Made by a program: the position numbers and the translations under genes. Positions 51,370-54,784 of a stretch of 54,784 bases of DNA are shown piece after piece; the first letter of the stretch is position 1; each line of letters begins with the position of its first letter. This DNA is from Octopus bimaculoides (Eukaryota), in assembly GCF_001194135.2 (NCBI RefSeq), contig NC_069002.1, positions 25,776,598 through 25,831,381 of the forward strand, written 5' to 3'. The notes beneath the pieces are model-generated. The model worked only from the letters and a program-made list of their open reading frames with translations, ran no database searches and was not told where the DNA came from.

Positions 51370-51449
51370 TAGAGGAATATCATGTAGAGGAATATCATGT
51401 AGAGGAATATCATGTAGAGGAATATCATGTAGAGGAATATCATGTAGAG
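51370..51449. repeat. Perfect 15-bp tandem repeat (tagaggaatatcatg) x5.3
   Basis: Direct reading. Confidence 0.95.
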
Positions 51450-51988
51450 CGCCATGCAGTTGAAACCCAGGAGCTCCAATCTATGAAATTATTTCATGGG
51501 GAATGCATAAACTATAAAACGTCACGATGACAGGTAAATATATTTATTTAACCATTTGATATCCGTAGGATTACAGCCATTTTGTAACCTTCAGCATGTA
51601 ATAATAGTTTCAATGTATAATAAATTATTTTACATGTTTGCACAAATGATGAATGCAATATATTGCACAGTACAATTGCACAATTACATATCAATGCAGA
51701 AATAAAAGGCTAGCTCTTCAGATCGCCGGAACACCATTGTTACACAAATGCTTCAATTCTGAATTGGTGCAACCATCCTGTTCTGGGGATCTGATGACGT
51801 AGCCTTCTTTATCTGCATTGGTTTGTGAATATAATGTGTAGCATGTATATTAGTGCAGACATGTAAAATAATTCATTATACAATGAAATTATTATTATAT
51901 GCTGAAAGCTGTAAGTGGTTAAATATATATATTCAACTCTCATACCTACGGACTTTTTATGGCATATATGTATATATGTATATATATA

Positions 51989-52039
<51 letters not shown>

Positions 52040-52071
52040 TTATATATATAAATATGTATATGTATAAGTAT

Positions 52072-52105
<34 letters not shown>

Positions 52106-52562
52106 NNNNNNNNNNNNNNNNNNNNNNNNNNNNNNNNNNNNNNNNNNNNNNNNNNNNNNNNNNNNNNNNNNNNNNNNNNNNNNNNNNNNNNNNNNNNNNN
52201 NNNNNNNNNNNNNNNNNNNNNNNNNNNNNNNNNNNNNNNNNNNNNNNNNNNNNNNNNNNNNNNNNNNNNNNNNNNNNNNNNNNNNNNNNNNNNNNNNNNN
52301 NNNNNNNNNNNNNNNNNNNNNNNNNNNNNNNNNNNNNNNNNNNNNNNNNNNNNNNNNNNNNNNNNNNNNNNNNNNNNNNNNNNNNNNNNNNNNNNNNNNN
52401 NNNNNNNNNNNNNNNNNNNNNNNNNNNNNNNNNNNNNNNNNNNNNNNNNNNNNNNNNNNNNNNNNNNNNNNNNNNNNNNNNNNNNNNNNNNNNNNNNNNN
52501 NNNNNNNNNNNNNNNNNNNNNNNNNNNNNNNNNNNNNNNNNNNNNNNNNNNNNNNNNNNNNN

Positions 52563-52665
52563 GCTTAATAACGACAAATATTTTTAGTAAATTCTTCGTT
52601 ATTTTCGAAATTAATTTCCACAAAGGAGTTGTACTTTAACAGAAATATGGTAACGAAAAGGTTAA
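52563..52665 (-). mobile_element. piggyBac-type MITE end (same family as 19047-19797)
   Basis: aacagaaatatggtaacgaaaagg-TTAA. Confidence 0.7.
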
Positions 52666-52717
52666 TAAATTGTAATACTACTCCCTTTGTCTTCCTCCTC
52701 CTCTCTCTCTTTCTTCA

Positions 52718-52748
<31 letters not shown>

Positions 52749-53293
52749 ATCTATCTATCTCATACTCTCTCTATCTCTATGTGTATACTTCTGTCCATGT
52801 ATGTGAGTGTGTTTGCCTCTGGTGCCAAAAAGTACTGTTCCACAACAATCAGAATGATCAGTCAGCTGCACCAGGTTATTGGCAGCCAAACATTCTCCTC
52901 CTGTATTGCATCATATGCCTGCATTATATTGCTGACACTGCAGTGACAGTCTTCCTGATTAAGCACAAGTTCTCCATCAGCCTTGCCACACTTGTCCAAC
53001 CAACTCTTAATATTGTTCATTCATTGCATTCTTTGCCTGCCTCTTCAGTGACTACCTTCTGCTCTTCCTTCCATCATTAATGACATATAGAGGGACACCG
53101 TAATTCGTTCTGCAACCATAATATACAAACTATATTAAACGTTTTTATAAGTCAATATCATGCTCTACTGTGTTAGCAGTGTTACTACATCTCTTAAGGT
53201 TATCTCTACAGATTTTCTATTGAAATTACAGCCAGCACTGGTTTTGTTACAACATTTCATATCTGAATATGCCTGATGTAAACAACAATGAGA

Positions 53294-53323
53294 TCATCAT
53301 CATTATCATCATCATCATCATCA

Positions 53324-53413
<90 letters not shown>

Positions 53414-53800
53414 TCATCATCGTCATCATCGTTTAATGTCCGCTTTCCATGCTGACATGGGTTGGACAGTTTGACTGAGGACTGGTGAGCCAGAAGGCTG
53501 CACCAGGCTCCAATCTGATCTAGCAAAGTTTCTACAGCTGGATGCTCTTCCTAACGCCAACCACTCTGAGAGTGTAGTGGGTGCTTTTACGTGCCACCGG
53601 CATGAGAGCCAATCAGGTGATACTGGCATCGGCCATGCTTGAATGGTGCTTTTTATGTGCCACCTGCACAGGAGCCAGTCTGGTGGCACTGGCAATGACC
53701 ATGCTCGAATGGTGCTATTTTTTATGTGCCACCAGCAGGGGAGCCAGTCAGCAGCCCTGGCAATGATCACACTCAAATGGTGCTTTTAATGTTCCACTGG
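53294..53800 (-). mobile_element. Family B element with a (CAT)/(CGT)n tail and three internal ~45-bp repeats
   Basis: Tail (CGT)n; repeated ggtgcttttatgtgccacc units. Confidence 0.85.
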
Positions 53801-54319
53801 CATTAGGGACCAGATAGCCTGGCAGATGGATGAAAATCTTGCATACAAGTAGGTCATGGTAGGATTTCAACTCATACTGCAAAAAACTGGAACAAATATC
53901 ACAAAGTATCTTGTCTGATAGTCTTACAGTTCTGCCAATCCATTAACCTGATTTGGCCTCCTTTTTTTAATTGGCCCCTAAAAGAATGAAGGACAAAAGG
54001 GACCTCAATGGCATATGAACTCAGAGTGTAGAAAGAATTGAAACAAATATCTTAATGGTCCAATAAAATTTCCACAATTGGATTAATGAAAAAAAGTACC
54101 AGTTACACACTGGGGTCAGTGTAACCGACTAGCCCCCCACCCTCACACCTCTACCAACATTTCAAGCCTCGTGCATGTAGTAGAATGGTATTTCCTCCAA
54201 CTCCTTTCATTCCGGGTTCAAATCCCACTGGATTCAACTTTGATTTTCATTCATCAAAGACTGATAGCAAAAAAATAACAGTCATATACTGAGGTCGAGA
54301 TATTTCCACTATTTTATCT

Positions 54320-54718
54320 TTTATTTGTTTTGGTCATTAGACTGCGACCATGCTGGAGACTTGAAGTATTTTTAGTTGAATAAACTGACTTCAGTATTTT
54401 TTCTAAAGCCTGGTACTTATTCTTTTTGCTGAACCGCTAAGTCAGGTGTATGTAAACACTCCAACACCGGTCGTCAAACAGTGGTGAGGGTCAAACAAAC
54501 ACTTGCGCACACACACACACAAACACACACACACACACACACACACGTATATTTACAGGACGAGCTTCTTTCAGTTTCCGTCTACCAAATCCACTCACAA
54601 AGCTTTGGTCGGCCCAAGACTACAGTAGAAGACATTTGCACAAGGTGCCACGCTGTGAGACCGAACTCAGAACCATGTGGTTGAGAAGCAAACTTCTTAC
54701 CACTCAGCCATCCCTGCA
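54320..54718 (-). mobile_element. Full family A SINE
   Basis: Tail, CA microsatellite and head match other copies. Confidence 0.82.
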
Positions 54719-54784
54719 CTTAAATGGACTAAATCCCTCCCCCCAACCCCTCAATTCATGTGTTTAGGGGTTGGAGAGGGAAGT

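Noticed and set aside
51370-51449. Direct repeats as a CRISPR array
   Set aside because: No spacers, unit too short, no cas genes, eukaryotic context.

Overview
AT-rich eukaryotic (animal) DNA from a gapped short-read scaffold, made almost entirely of microsatellites, SINEs and decayed transposons. The repeat sequences resemble ones I recall from octopus/cephalopod genomes (recall, not a database result). No host protein-coding gene, real tRNA/rRNA gene or CRISPR array can be supported, and most ORF-track entries are microsatellite or N-gap artefacts. Recognisable remnants include mariner, maT and Tc1 DNA transposons, piggyBac-type MITEs, RTE, CR1/L2, Tx1/L1 and R4/Dong LINEs, and Penelope-like elements (PLEs). 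The main observation is a recurring non-coding architecture in three sequence-unrelated families (14.4-14.9 kb, 17.0-17.5 kb, 37.4-38.0 kb). Each is a head-to-head inverted pair whose arms carry a minimal type I hammerhead ribozyme motif with a palindromic stem III. One is fused to a tRNA-like Pol III head; another sits between 13-bp direct repeats inside a LINE. Such hammerheads are known from PLEs, so the likely novelty is the families and their arrangement. Ribozyme activity is untested.
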